Notes under the pieces: generated by a model | Told to the model about the DNA's origin: nothing | The model's database searches: none | The model's input: only the letters and a program-made list of their open reading frames with translations | In this document: one piece after another, positions 39,081-51,437 of the stretch | Numbering within the stretch: position 1 is the stretch's first letter | Layout of the letters: every line of letters begins with the position of its first letter | Translations under genes and position numbers: made by a program | Source of the DNA: Neocallimastix sp. 'constans' | Taxonomy: Eukaryota | DNA: 64,000 nucleotides | Reading direction: 5' to 3' | NCBI GenBank assembly: GCA_050613775.1 | Contig: JBODTK010000144.1 | Location: 62,001-126,000, forward strand

Positions 39081-40507
39081 TAAAAATTGATTAATTTTTC
39101 CATCATCATTCATTATACTTTTAAGATTTAAATTAATTGTTGATATAATATTGGTTTCTTTTTTCTCATTTTCGTTAATATTTTCATAACAAATATTTTC
39201 AAAAAGAGTTTTTTCATTGAAAATACTTTTTCCTTTATAATATTTTATATAAATAGTATATATTATATATTTTTAATATATATCAATAATATTATAATTT
39301 GTAAAACACTTTTTATTATTATAATTATTCTTACCTGATATAATGTTATTAATACTAGTTTCTACTGAATTTCCATATTCATTCGCTACATTTAAATTTT
39401 TATTATTACTTTTAATTTGTTGTGTGTTACTCTGATTTACATTATAAGCTAATAATGGTCTTTTAGAATCACTTCTTACATAATTTGCAATTAAATTAGT
39501 TGTAACATTTAAATCTTCCAATGCAAATTTTGCAAAATCCGTATTTTGGAAATATACTATACATGAATCTTCATAAAAAGTAACATACTTAAAACCATTA
39601 TACGATTTCAAAATTTTTGTTAATTCATTATTTGTTATATTTGAAGGAAATATACGAATACGTAACGTTGAATTTGGGGGATTGGCACTTGGAGCTGTTT
39701 GAAATGGGGTATAATTTGGAGCATAAGAAGCATTCATTAAAGTAGAAAGATGAAGTTGTTCAATTGCTTTAGTTGCTTGTTCTTCATTTAAAAAAATTGC
39801 ATAACATGAATCTGTATGAAAAATTACTCGAAGAAATCCTTTAAATGAAGAAAGCAACTGCTTTAAATCACCTCTATCACATTGAATATTGGTAATGTGC
39901 AATATAGGAGATTTTTGTGTACTTACGCTTCCATCATAAAGGTTACTTATTTTTTGTAACTGTTGATTTTGAGACACATATTTATAAACATTTTGATATT
40001 GGGTAGCCAGATCCAAAGATTTATCTTTCTGGGTATATAATTGTTGTTGTGTAGACTCAAAATACTATTTTTTAAAAAAATATTTTAAATAATATATATT
40101 TTTTATATTAATACAAATTATAATTGAAATATAGCTTCAATATTCTATTATTATACTTTATTATAATTTTTATAATTATATTATTACTATTGTTGTTGTT
40201 TTTATTATTAAGTATTTAATTAGTTATTAAAATTCATATATAATTTTAAATTATACAATATATTATTAAAAATTACTTTTACAGAATCCTTCACAGTATT
40301 TTCAGTTTTCTTTAATTGAATTGTAGTTGTTGCTGTTGATGTTTTCATTGAAGATGTATTAATTTTTGATATTTCAAAAACATTTGAATTTCGTTTTTCA
40401 ATTTGTTTTTGTATCGAGGATATTATACATTGATCTTTATTATCAATTGATATATTGTCATTTTCAAAATCGTTTTTATTTATATCACTGACTATATTAT
40501 TAAACAT
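32165..40507 (-). CDS. Very large multi-RRM RNA-binding protein (~2630 aa; six tandem RRM pairs plus one degenerate RRM; Asn-rich spacers; short C-terminal coiled coil); 4 exons
   Basis: Exons 40507-40277, 40064-39335, 39232-33006 and 32878-32165 join in frame. Repeated units such as PKSTLYITNLNIDKSELK..YNGFVKIAFYRDWCFCVFRNVEYAQKAL and PNSTLYVNNLPFNATNIEFTKLFSYYEGF..SCKVYF..ALEDLNTSTNLVATY show RNP2/RNP1-like patterns. Confidence 0.85.
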
Positions 40508-41679
40508 TGGAATTATTATTTTAATTATATATTAATAATAAATGTATAAAAAAATAAATTATGTTTATTATCAATATGATGAAAAAATATATATACTGGA
40601 TATTGCTAAATTATATATATATGAGTATTATTAAAATTTATGAATATTTAAATATGTTTTTCCTTTTTTCCTTTATTTTTTTTTTTTTTTTAATTTTTTT
40701 TTTTTTAATATGAATAATATGAACTATCTAAATATAAAAAGAAAAGATATTATATTTACAAAATGATTTGAAATTGTTGAAAAAAATAATTTCAACAATT
40801 TAATAAAACTTATTTTATTTTTATAAAACTTTTTAATTTTAAAATTTACGACATTATTTAATTAATATAATCCTTTAATATATAAATTTCAACATTTGAA
40901 TGTATGCTGGTTATGAAAATAAGAATATTATTCAATTTTTATTTTGTATTATAATTAATAAATCATTAGAAGTTATTGATGTTTGATGTTACTGATACTT
41001 TTAATAGTTTTTATTATTTTTTTGCATATAATATATATTTATATATATATATATCTTTCAAATAATAATTTGAAATTTTTATATATTACAAAATATAGAG
41101 TAAATGATAACAATAATCAATTAAATATTTACAAAAAAGTAAAATTAATATATATATGAAAATTATGATATTAATATCCAAAAAAAATACTAAAACAGAA
41201 AAACCAAAATATTTTAATAAATAAATTTATAAAACATAAAATAAAAAAAAATAAAAAATAAAAAATAAAAAAATTAAATAAAATTATTACTATATTATAT
41301 TTTTAAAATAGAAAAGATAATAAACTAAAATAAAATAAAATACAAAAATAAAATAAAATAAAATAAAATAAAATAAAATAAAATAAAATAAAATAAAATA
41401 AAAATGAAAAATAAAAATATAAAAAAATAATAATAAAAATTTAAATAAATAAATAAAATTAATATGTTAATATATTTAATTATTATATTAAAAATTTTAT
41501 ATTATAATTGTAAATATAATAAATATAATAATATGTTTAATAAATATATATTAATTTAAAAATATATTATTTTTTTAATTATTAATATTATTAATTATAG
41601 TTTATTTTTCGTGTATTTATTTATTTAAATAATTATTAATTTATTTATTTACTATCAATAATTATATTTATATTATTTA

Positions 41680-42070
41680 TCATTTGATTTTATTATTTAT
41701 CATTTATTATTAATTATTTATTATTTATTCTTTATTATTTATTATTTAGTATTTATTATTTGCTATTTATTATTTATTATTTATTATTTATTATTTATTA
41801 TTTATTATTTATTATTTATTATTTATTATTTATTATTTATTATTTATTATTTATTATTTATTATTTATTATTTATTATTTATTATTTATTATTTATTATT
41901 TATTATTTATTATTTATTATTTATTATTTATTATTTATTATTAATTATTTATTATCTATTATTTATTATTTATTATTTATTATTTATTATTTATTATTTA
42001 TTATTTATTATTTATTATTTATTATTTATTATTTATTATTTATTATTTTGTTATTTATTATTTATTATTA
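41680..42070. repeat. 7-bp tandem repeat (TATTTAT)n
   Basis: Read directly; it generates the spurious LLFIIYY ORF. Confidence 0.95.
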
Positions 42071-42335
42071 TATATTACATATTATTAAAAATATTTGAAT
42101 AATATTAATATTAAATATTTTTATAAATTAATAAAATATTTAAATTAAAATATTTTAATAAAATATATCAAAATAAATACATATAATATATAAAATTTTC
42201 AGCAAAAAAATATATATATTAAATATATTTATAAATATAGTAAAATATAGTATAATATAAAATACTTTTTATCACATTTTTTTTTAATTAATGTTAATTT
42301 ATATATTAAATTAATATTTTTAATAAAATTTATTG

Positions 42336-42369
<34 letters not shown>

Positions 42370-42952
42370 ATATATATAAATAGTTAATATATACTATAAA
42401 TTAAAATTTTTAATTTAATTATAATTCTTAGGAATTTTAAAGTTCTTATTTATGAATATATTACAAAAAACTTTATTTTTTTAAATTTTAGAAAAATTTT
42501 AAAAGACATATATATATATAATTCAAAATCAATCATAAGGTTAAGTTACTTTTATTTTAATATATTATAATTTATTATTAATATTACTTGATATGTTTAT
42601 GTTTTATAATTCATTAATACTTTTTAATAAAATATTTATTCAAAATTCTTTTTCGAAATATTATAATAGTTTACAAATCTATACTTTCAAATAATATATA
42701 ATATTATTGAGTAAAATCATCAAATAAAAATATTTATATATACTAAAACTAAAATAACATCATTTTGGTCATTGCAAAACTTATTACAGGTTTTTCTTTA
42801 AAATAAATAATTTTATTCTTTAGTTAATTGAAAATTTAAATTTATTAATAAAAAATATAAAGAAAAAAATTAAATTTAAAAAGCTTTGTTAAATTTAATT
42901 TATCTTTGATTTATATATATATTTAATGATTCATTTCTTTAATCTTCAATAG

Positions 42953-43095
42953 TAATTCTGAAACGCTCAGTAAGGTAAAATTCTGCCCACATAAAATGGA
43001 AGTGTGTGACTACCTTAATATTCCCACTCACCTGAAGAGGGCTGAAACCAAGAGCGGTACACACCGGAAATAAAAAAAAAAAAAAAAAAAAAAAA
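42953..43095 (+). mobile_element. Short poly(A)-tailed retroposon (5'-truncated LINE 3' end or SINE-like) with 7-bp TSD
   Basis: GC-rich ~120-bp body, A24 tail at 43072-43095, flanked by direct repeat TCAATAG (42946-42952 and 43096-43102). Confidence 0.7.
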
Positions 43096-43133
43096 TCAAT
43101 AGATCATTTATAATATAATAAAATAACATTTTA

Positions 43134-43442
43134 TGTTAAAAATAAAGTTTAATATTTTAAGTCTTGTATAATTAAGATTTACTTATTAAATTAAATATGT
43201 TTTTCATTATTTTGTATAATGTAAAATATTATGAGGCGTATTAATGATGTACATCATATATTTACAATTATAACTAATATAGTTAAATTTTATTAATGTA
43301 TATACATTTAAGGATTATGATAATTAATCCTATAATAAAAATATTACTAAAAATATATAGTTATTAAAATAATAATAAAAATAATAAAAATAAATAAAGT
43401 GATCACACAATAAAAACTAAACAAAATAACATATATTTAAAA
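43134..43442 (+). repeat. 5' LTR of copia-A
   Basis: TGTTAAAAATA...TATATTTAAAA; nearly identical to 50064-50383 (a few substitutions and small slippage indels). Confidence 0.92.
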
Positions 43443-43580
43443 GATTAAGAGTCTCAGTTAGCTCTAGTTAGTTTATAAACATCAATAATAATTTATATTC
43501 CAACAATAAAAAAAAAATAAAAGTAAATTGAAATTTCAAGATTCCGAAATTTATTTTAATTAAATCTTAGTTATTCAATA

Positions 43581-44639
43581 ATGGAAGATAGATCATTTAA
43601 TATTTTAAGCAACAAAAAACTTACTGTCGAAACCTATCCTCTTTGGGAATCAGATATGGATCTAATATTAACAGCCAATGAATTAGATCAATATATCTAC
43701 GAAAACAATATGAAGAAGATCTCGAAAAACTCAGAAAATTTTGAATCTTCAAAAGGAATTAAAATTAGAGGAACTGAGATATACTATCATAAATCAGTCA
43801 CGAAAAATATGATAGCTGGTGACAGCAAAGCAAAAAGATACATCAGTATGAATTTAGAAAATGAAATAAAGTTAAGTATTGACTTCAAAAACAGTTCCGC
43901 ATATGAAATATGGGAGTTATTGAAAAAGACTTTTACTAAAGGTAAAGAAGAAATGAAATTACAACTAAATGAAAAATTAGAGAATATGACCTATGATAAA
44001 TCTTCAGACATAGGAATATTCATAGCCAACATGGAAGTCACATTTAATAAATTAGAAGAAATAGGTGATAAAGTCAGTGATGAAAGAAAATTCAACTATT
44101 TATATAATGCTCTTCCATCAGACATTACCCAATTAACAAATATGTTAGGTTTTCAAAATGATTGGAATAAATGTTGCGATATGTTAAAAACATCAATTCC
44201 AAAGATAAAGTTCTTAAATAGCTTAAGAATTAAGCAAGAGAAAACAAAAGCATTTAGTAGTGAAACAAAAACAATAGAAAGTGTCAAAAGATATAAACAA
44301 AATAGAAATCTTAGCAAGAAAAATAGGAAAAATATAAAGTGCCACAATTGTGGCGGATTTGGCCATATATCACGTGAGTGCCTCAAGAATGGAAGAATTC
44401 ATGGAGGTGTAGTGTACGATAAATATGGTAAAAGACACTACAAAGAGAAGAAAATGAAACACCAACAACATGCAGATAACGTAGAAGTCAATGAGCAAGA
44501 AGAAGAATCTGAAAGGTATGTAGATATATACAGTAATGCCTTAAATATGGACTATAATGATGAAAGGAAGGAAAGTCAATCCAACTGCGTAACAACAAGA
44601 ATCCCAAAAAATAAAAACAATATCAAAAATTTTCATTAA
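43581..44639 (+). CDS. gag: Copia Gag (UBN2-like capsid plus CCHC zinc knuckle)
   Basis: 352-aa ORF with SAYEIWELLKKTF, YLYNALP and KCHNCGGFGHISREC. Confidence 0.9.
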   Translation: MEDRSFNILSNKKLTVETYPLWESDMDLILTANELDQYIYENNMKKISKNSENFESSKGIKIRGTEIYYHKSVTKNMIAGDSKAKRYISMNLENEIKLSIDFKNSSAYEIWELLKKTFTKGKEEMKLQLNEKLENMTYDKSSDIGIFIANMEVTFNKLEEIGDKVSDERKFNYLYNALPSDITQLTNMLGFQNDWNKCCDMLKTSIPKIKFLNSLRIKQEKTKAFSSETKTIESVKRYKQNRNLSKKNRKNIKCHNCGGFGHISRECLKNGRIHGGVVYDKYGKRHYKEKKMKHQQHADNVEVNEQEEESERYVDIYSNALNMDYNDERKESQSNCVTTRIPKNKNNIKNFH

Positions 44640-46609
44640 AACAATATACTAGGCAGAGCTTAAGTTATTATACTGCCAAGTATAAAAAACGTAATAATAA
44701 CAAAGAAAATAAAATTAATAAAAATAACAACAACATTACTTTATGGACATTAGATTCTGGGGCGTCATACCACATGACCCATGATGAAAATAATTTAGTG
44801 AATACACGTGATTTTCACACAAACATATATTTTGCTAATGGAGGAATGGTGAAATCCAAAAGTATTGGTAATTATATTGGTTTAATTAACAATCATAAAA
44901 TTATTTTGAATGATGTTATATATGTGCCATCCTTTAAAAGAAGTCTAATTTCTATAGATCATTTAAGTAAAGATAATTATAAAACTGTATTTTGTAAAAA
45001 TAAGTATGATAATAAAAACTGTGCCATCTTATATAATGATAATGGAAAACGAATTTATACATCATACGCTAACAATTCAAAAGTTTACAAAATACTAACT
45101 AGAAAAAATAATATAAATAATAATTTAAATAATGTTGTATGTTATAATATACAAAATCCTATAAACGATTCTAATATGGATTTATGGCATAGAAGAATGG
45201 GTCATTTTAATATTGACTCTATTAAAGATAAATTAAATAAAATATATATAAAACACAAATGCAAAATTTGTTCTTGTTCAAAATTAAAAAACCTCCCCTA
45301 TAAACCATCCACCAACCATATGACAAAACCATTTGAACTTATTCATATGGACTTAGTGTTCGTTCCCGATTATTCTATTTACGGGAATAAATATTTTTTA
45401 TCTATTCTTGACGATTATTCAAGATATAGTTGGGTCCTCTTCATAAAGAGAAAAAGTGATACATTTAAAACCTTTATTATATGGTACAATCAAATCAAAA
45501 ACTTATTTGATAATTGTAATATTAAATATATTAAAACTGATAACGGTACAGAATTCTTTAACAATAATTTCAACGAATTCTACGAAAGAACAGGAATAAT
45601 ACATGAGCATACTATTGCTCATAATCCACAACAAAATGGTAGGGTGGAAAGACTTCATGGGACACTAATATCTAATGGTGATGCTATGCTTAATGATGCA
45701 AAGTTAAACCATAAATTTTGGGAAGATGCTGTATCCACAGCAAATTATATACACAACAGATTGCCACATAAAGGCAACAATAACAAAGTACCATATGAAA
45801 TCTTATTTAAAAGTAAAGTTGACTACAATAAATTTAGAGTCTTTGGTTGTCGTGTATATTTTTACGTTCCAAAACAATTTAGGAAGAAGTTTTGCAATAC
45901 AACTCTCCCTGGTATCTTTCTCGGATACGATGAAATAAACCATACCGCTTACAAAATATATGATATTAAAAATAACAAAATAATTCTAGCTCGTACTGTA
46001 GAATTTCTTGAGGATGAACCTGCAAATTTAAGTGCTTCTCTATCATCACCGGATAATATAAATTTTACTAATTATTATGAAGATGAAGAGATAGACTATA
46101 TGAATAGTGATGATAATGGAAATAATATAAATGATGAGAATAATGAATACAATATAATTTATAATATAAACAATAATAATAATGACAATAATAATAATAA
46201 TATCAAAATTAATGAAATTAATAATTTAATCAATGAACATAACTATAATAATATATATCGTCCAAATAATAATAATTTTATTAATATGGATCAAAATCAA
46301 AATAATTTAATTTTACAAAATCAAAATAATATTATTGGACCTCCACAACATAACAATAATTTTGAAGATAACAATAATAAAAATTTTTCAATTCCTAATT
46401 TAAACAACCAATTAAATAATTTAAATTATAAATTTAATGATCAATCATTAAATTTAGATAATAATAATAAAACTAATTCAAATGTTATAAATCATAATTT
46501 AAATAATTTTAATCAGAAAAATATTAATTCCATTTATTTCCAAGAAGAAAATAATAAGGATTTTCATAATGGAAATAAAGAAAGATTTAATATTGATAAT
46601 TTAATTGAA

Positions 46610-46646
<37 letters not shown>

Positions 46647-49600
46647 TTACCTCAAATGAATTAATTCGAAATAATCAAGTAAATTTAGACAAAAATCAAA
46701 TAACAAATTCAGGAATAAATACGGGAGCAGATATTAAAGATAATTTAAATTCAGACGTAAGTAAAAATTTGAATTATTTTGAATCAATAAATAAAAAAGT
46801 AAATAACATAGGGATAAACAAAATAAATTTAAGCAAAAATAATTTAAATTTAAATATAAATAAAAATTCTGATTATTCTAATGAAGTAAGTAATAATTAT
46901 AATTACTCAAATAACGGTTATAGTTCTAATGTAAATAATAATAATATAAATAACAATTACATGGGGAATGATTTAAATCATAATTTAAATATTGATAATA
47001 TTAACCCTATTGATAATAATTCTAATATAAGTGTAAATAAACCAATAAATATAGTAATTAAAAATAATTCAAATTCAAATAATCAAATAGAAAATAAAAA
47101 TGAACCAGATAGTGAAAAATATATTTCACAGGATATATCAGGAATTAATATCAATGAAAATAATGTCTGTAGGAAACATATTTTACGAGATAGATTTTTG
47201 CGTGAATTTGCAATTAGAAATTCGAATTCAAAACAAAATAAACAAAATTGTAATGTTTACAATGATAAGAATGTGAATGAAATTGTAAATAATAATAACA
47301 TAAGAAATAAACAAAAGATAAGTAACGTAGTTAGTAATAATAATAGTGACAATATGAATAATAATAAGAATGTTATTAATAAAATAACTATTAATAAGAA
47401 ATATAAAAATAAACAAGAATCCACGGAATTCTTGCTAAATAAACTAAAAGAACCTTCAAGGACTTCAAACGGTTTAAATAATAATTGTAATAATAAAAAT
47501 GGTAATAATATACAAAAACAAAGCGTTAGAAAGCAAAGTGTGAAAAATAACAAAAATGATAGCCATAAACAGGTTAATAAAAATAGTATCATATATGTTA
47601 AGAGAAATAATAACAAACGTAAAAAAAAATTTATAAAGATGAATATAATATTGTAAAACACCCATCAAAAAAATATAAATCATTTAGTATAGATGATACA
47701 ATAGGTACTAATGTTTTTCTAGCTGTAGATAATAATAATTCTATTGAACCACGCAGTTATAAAGAGATATTTTCCATGAAAGATAAAGACATGTGGTTGA
47801 AGGCAGTGGATGAAGAACTAAACAATATGAAGAAAATGAATGTATTTTCAATAATCCGTAAAGTACCAAAAGATGCCAATGTTATTTCAACAAGGTGGGT
47901 CCTTAAACATAAGAAAGATTCTGAAGGTAAGATAATCAAATATAAAGCTAGATTAGTAGCTAAGGGGTATAGCCAGGTGTATGGAATTGATTTCAAGAAT
48001 ACTTTTTCACCTACCCTTAAACAAGACACGCTCAAAATAATAATAGCTATTTCTGTTCAAAATAAATTTCAAATACATCAAATGGATATTAAAGCGGCGT
48101 ATCTAAACGCAAAGCTGGACGAAGACATTTATATGCTACTGCCAGAAGGAATGAATAAAAAGGGGTATTGCAAATTGAATAAAGCTTTATATGGTTTAAG
48201 GCAATCCGGAAGAATGTGGAATGAGACCCTTAACAAGGTATTGTTAGAGTTGAATTTTAATAGATTTTTAAGTGATCCATGTGTTTACATTAAAAGGGAT
48301 AAAACTAACAAGATTATATGCTTATTAGCAGTTTATGTGGACGATATAATTGTTGCTGGGAAGTATGATCAAATAATTAAAACGAAATCTTTAATTAAAA
48401 ATAATTTTGAAGCTACAGATGTAGGTGAAGTAGACTTTATTATAGGTATAAAGTTTGAAAAATGTAATGATGGTTATATTATCCATCAGAAGAAATATCT
48501 TAATGAAATTTTAAATAAGTTTAATATCAATAAATATAATCCAGTATCAAATACAACACCAATCGAGTATTGAATTAAGGAGTAAAAAATTTAATATAAC
48601 AAAATATAAGCAAGCTATAGGATTCTTGTTATATTTAGCTATCAGCACGAGGCCGGACATATTATTTTCTGTGGTGAGTAAAGCTTCCAGAAAATCCGAT
48701 AATCCAACATACGAAGATTGGTACAATGTACTAAAAATTTTTAGATACTTGAAAGGTAATCCTAATTATGGAATTAAATTCACTTATACTAATACTTTTA
48801 ATTTTAATGTTTATGTTGACGCCGATTTAGGTGGTGATAAGGAAACAAGAAAGTCAACTACTGGATTTGTAATGATGATAAACTCAGCTCCTACTAGTTG
48901 GTATTCCAAACTGCAACATTGTGTTTCAGTTTCTACTGCGGAAAGTGAGTATTATGGAATTCATGAGTGTGCAAGACACTGTCTCTGTAAAGATTTAATA
49001 AAATCTTTAATAATTAATTATTACATAATTAATTAATGTAATAAAATTACATAAATTTATGATTTACGTATATGAAAATTAATTATAAATTTATGTAAAC
49101 TTTTCATAAAGGAAAAATTATTATTTAAATAATTTTGGATAATAACTTAAATCTAAATAATTTATTTAAGTTAGTTAATTTAGTTTAGTTTATTTAAAAT
49201 AGTTATTCTATTTAACTTAGTTAATTTAGTTTAGTTAGTTTAAAATACTTTAAAATTAATTTCGGAATAGTTTTAAATAGTTAAAATTAGTTTAAATAGT
49301 TTACAAAAATAGTTTTGAATTGTAAATATATAAACATTAGTATTAATAATATTTATATAATAAATATATAATAAATGAGTTGTTATTGAATTTAATTATT
49401 ATTGTAAATAAGTTGAAAGTTTATTAAATTAATTATTGTTTAGTTTAGTTAATTATTATTTAATAAAATTATTAATAAATATTTTGTTTATAAATAAATA
49501 GTAATATATGTAAATTAGATAGAAATAATATATTATAATGTAATAATGAAAAAATATAAATACATGTAAATTTCTATAATTAAATCGATGTATTAGTTAT

Positions 49601-50057
49601 TGACTATATGATAGTTAATAACAAAAAGAGATTTAATTTTTTTTAATTAATAAATATTATTTTATTTAAAAAAAACGAATTTTTATTACGTGTTTTTTTT
49701 TTTTATTTTGGTGTTAAAATTTGTTATTTGTAATCTGTTTCTGATAGAACTCTTTACAGTCTCTGGTATAGAAATATATTTAAGGAACTTGGACTTAAGC
49801 AGGATGTTATTACAATAAACACCGATAATAAAGCTGCAATTTACAATTGCGAAAATGAAACTATTAATCCGAAATCCAAGCACATCGACCTACGATATCA
49901 CAGTATAAGAGAATTAATCAAGAAAGGTTATATCAATTTAAAGTATATAAAATCTGAAAATAACTTATCCGATGGATTTACCAAATATCTAAATTCTACT
50001 TTAATGACCAGGTTTAGAAATAATATTCTCTATGATCTAAACAATATTAAACTTTAG
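44615..50057 (+). pseudogene. pol: Copia Pol (PR-IN-RT-RH), disrupted by frameshifts near 47630 and 48570 and a solo-LTR insertion
   Basis: WTLDSGASYHM, LWHRRMGH..CKIC, IHMDL..ILDDYSRY..TDNGTEF..QQNGRVER, KARLVAKGYSQ, LYGLRQSGRMW, VYVDD, YVDAD, STAESEY. RNase H resumes at 49764 (WYRNIFKEL..TDNKAAI..KHIDLRYH). Confidence 0.93.
48986..49758 (+). mobile_element. Solo LTR (773 bp) of a second, probably Ty3/gypsy, family nested in copia-A RNase H
   Basis: Ends TGTAAAGA...TCTTTACA; TSD GTCTC (48981-48985 / 49759-49763). Removing the insert and one TSD copy restores CARHCL-WYRNIF. Confidence 0.9.
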
Positions 50058-50063
50058 GGGGAA

Positions 50064-50383
50064 TGTTAAAAATAAAGTTTAATATTTTAATTAAGTCTTG
50101 TATAATTAAGATTTACTTATTAAATTAAATATGTTTTTCATTATTTTGTATAATGTAAAATATTATGAGGCGTATTAATGATGTACATCTTATATTTACA
50201 ATTATAACTAATATAGTTAAATTAAATTTTATTAATGTATATACATTTAAGGATTATGATAATTAATCCTATAATAAAAATATTACTAAAAATATATAGT
50301 TATTAAAATAACAATAAAATTATAATAAATAAAAATAAAGTGATCACACAATAAAAACTAAACAAAATAACATATATTTAAAA
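50064..50383 (+). repeat. 3' LTR of copia-A
   Basis: Follows the PPT, matches the 5' LTR and is followed by TSD TTTTA. Confidence 0.92.
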
Positions 50384-50949
50384 TTTTATAATTTATAAAA
50401 TATAAAGATATGTAAAGGTTTTTTTTTTTTTTTTTGTCTCCATAAACTATTAATATTAAAAAATATAATAATTAAAATTACATAATAGCCCATATTTTTT
50501 ATTTTTCAATATTATTACATAAAAATTTATTATATATATACTATATAATATCATCAGATTATACAATTAAAATAACCATTTATATAATTATGAGAGTGAA
50601 TTTGTCTATCTATTTAATTATATAAAGTTCAAACAAAATAACAACCACATAAAGGATAACTTAATATATATAAATGAAATTTCTTATATGCACAGTTATA
50701 TTAATTGACATGTTTATACTAATTTATGCATATTAAATTATAAAACTTCTATATATGAAAATTGAATTAGTTTTAAGAATAATTACAATATAAAATGAAA
50801 TTTACATCAAATATCATAATACTTTAATAATAAATATATATTATATTATTATTCAAAAAAAATATTTATTCCTATTTTATCAATTTTACAATAGATAATT
50901 TATTGTTTACTCTTTACTTTTTATTAAAGTAAATTATGCTTTTTTTATT

Positions 50950-50995
<46 letters not shown>

Positions 50996-51097
50996 AAGCC
51001 AATATTAGTTATGTGTGAAAATAATTATTTTAAGAAGAAAAAAAAAAAAAAATTTTAAAATATATATATATATAATTATAAAATATAATTATTTATA

Positions 51098-51144
<47 letters not shown>

Positions 51145-51437
51145 ATATAATTCAAAATTTCATTGTAAATTAAAATGATAAATATGTTTTATTAAATATT
51201 AAAATTTTATAAAAATGCAATTAACTGTGAATTGATAATAAATGATGTTTGATTTTTAATGTGATTTTTAAATTTAACTGGTTTTTATATTTTATAATTT
51301 TAATAAAAAAAAAGTTAAAAAAAGATTTCGAAGTTTTATATTAAAATTATTAACTTCTTTCTTTATATTGGAAATAATGATTAATTCATTATATATTATA
51401 CTCCAAATTATTATTGTAGGTCTTTGATTTTTTTTAT

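Larger units (their letters stand above)
43134..50383 (+). mobile_element. Near full-length Ty1/copia LTR retrotransposon (copia-A)
   Basis: Paired LTRs, TSD TTTTA (43129-43133 / 50384-50388), PPT AGGGGGAA (50056-50063), gag zinc knuckle, PR WTLDSGAS, IN, RT YVDD, RNase H. Confidence 0.95.

Noticed and set aside
41760..42098. 112-aa LLFIIYY-repeat ORF
   Set aside because: Translation of a 7-bp microsatellite.
42955..43070. tRNA, RNase P/MRP or group I intron identity for the GC-rich island
   Set aside because: No cloverleaf or A/B boxes, too short, and lacks the full conserved elements; poly(A) plus TSD indicate retroposition.
47625..47660. Second -1 frame change between IN linker and RT in copia-A
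   Set aside because: It falls in an A9 homopolymer with no evident downstream structure; most likely slippage or sequencing error.
48986..49759. Idea that the nested inserts are spliceosomal introns (GTAAAG...TTTACAG) that restore copia pol
   Set aside because: Splicing at these sites leaves the 5-nt TSD (frameshift), and the obvious sites in the 53869-54491 insert leave +1 or -1 nt. TG..CA ends with 5-bp TSDs fit solo LTRs better.
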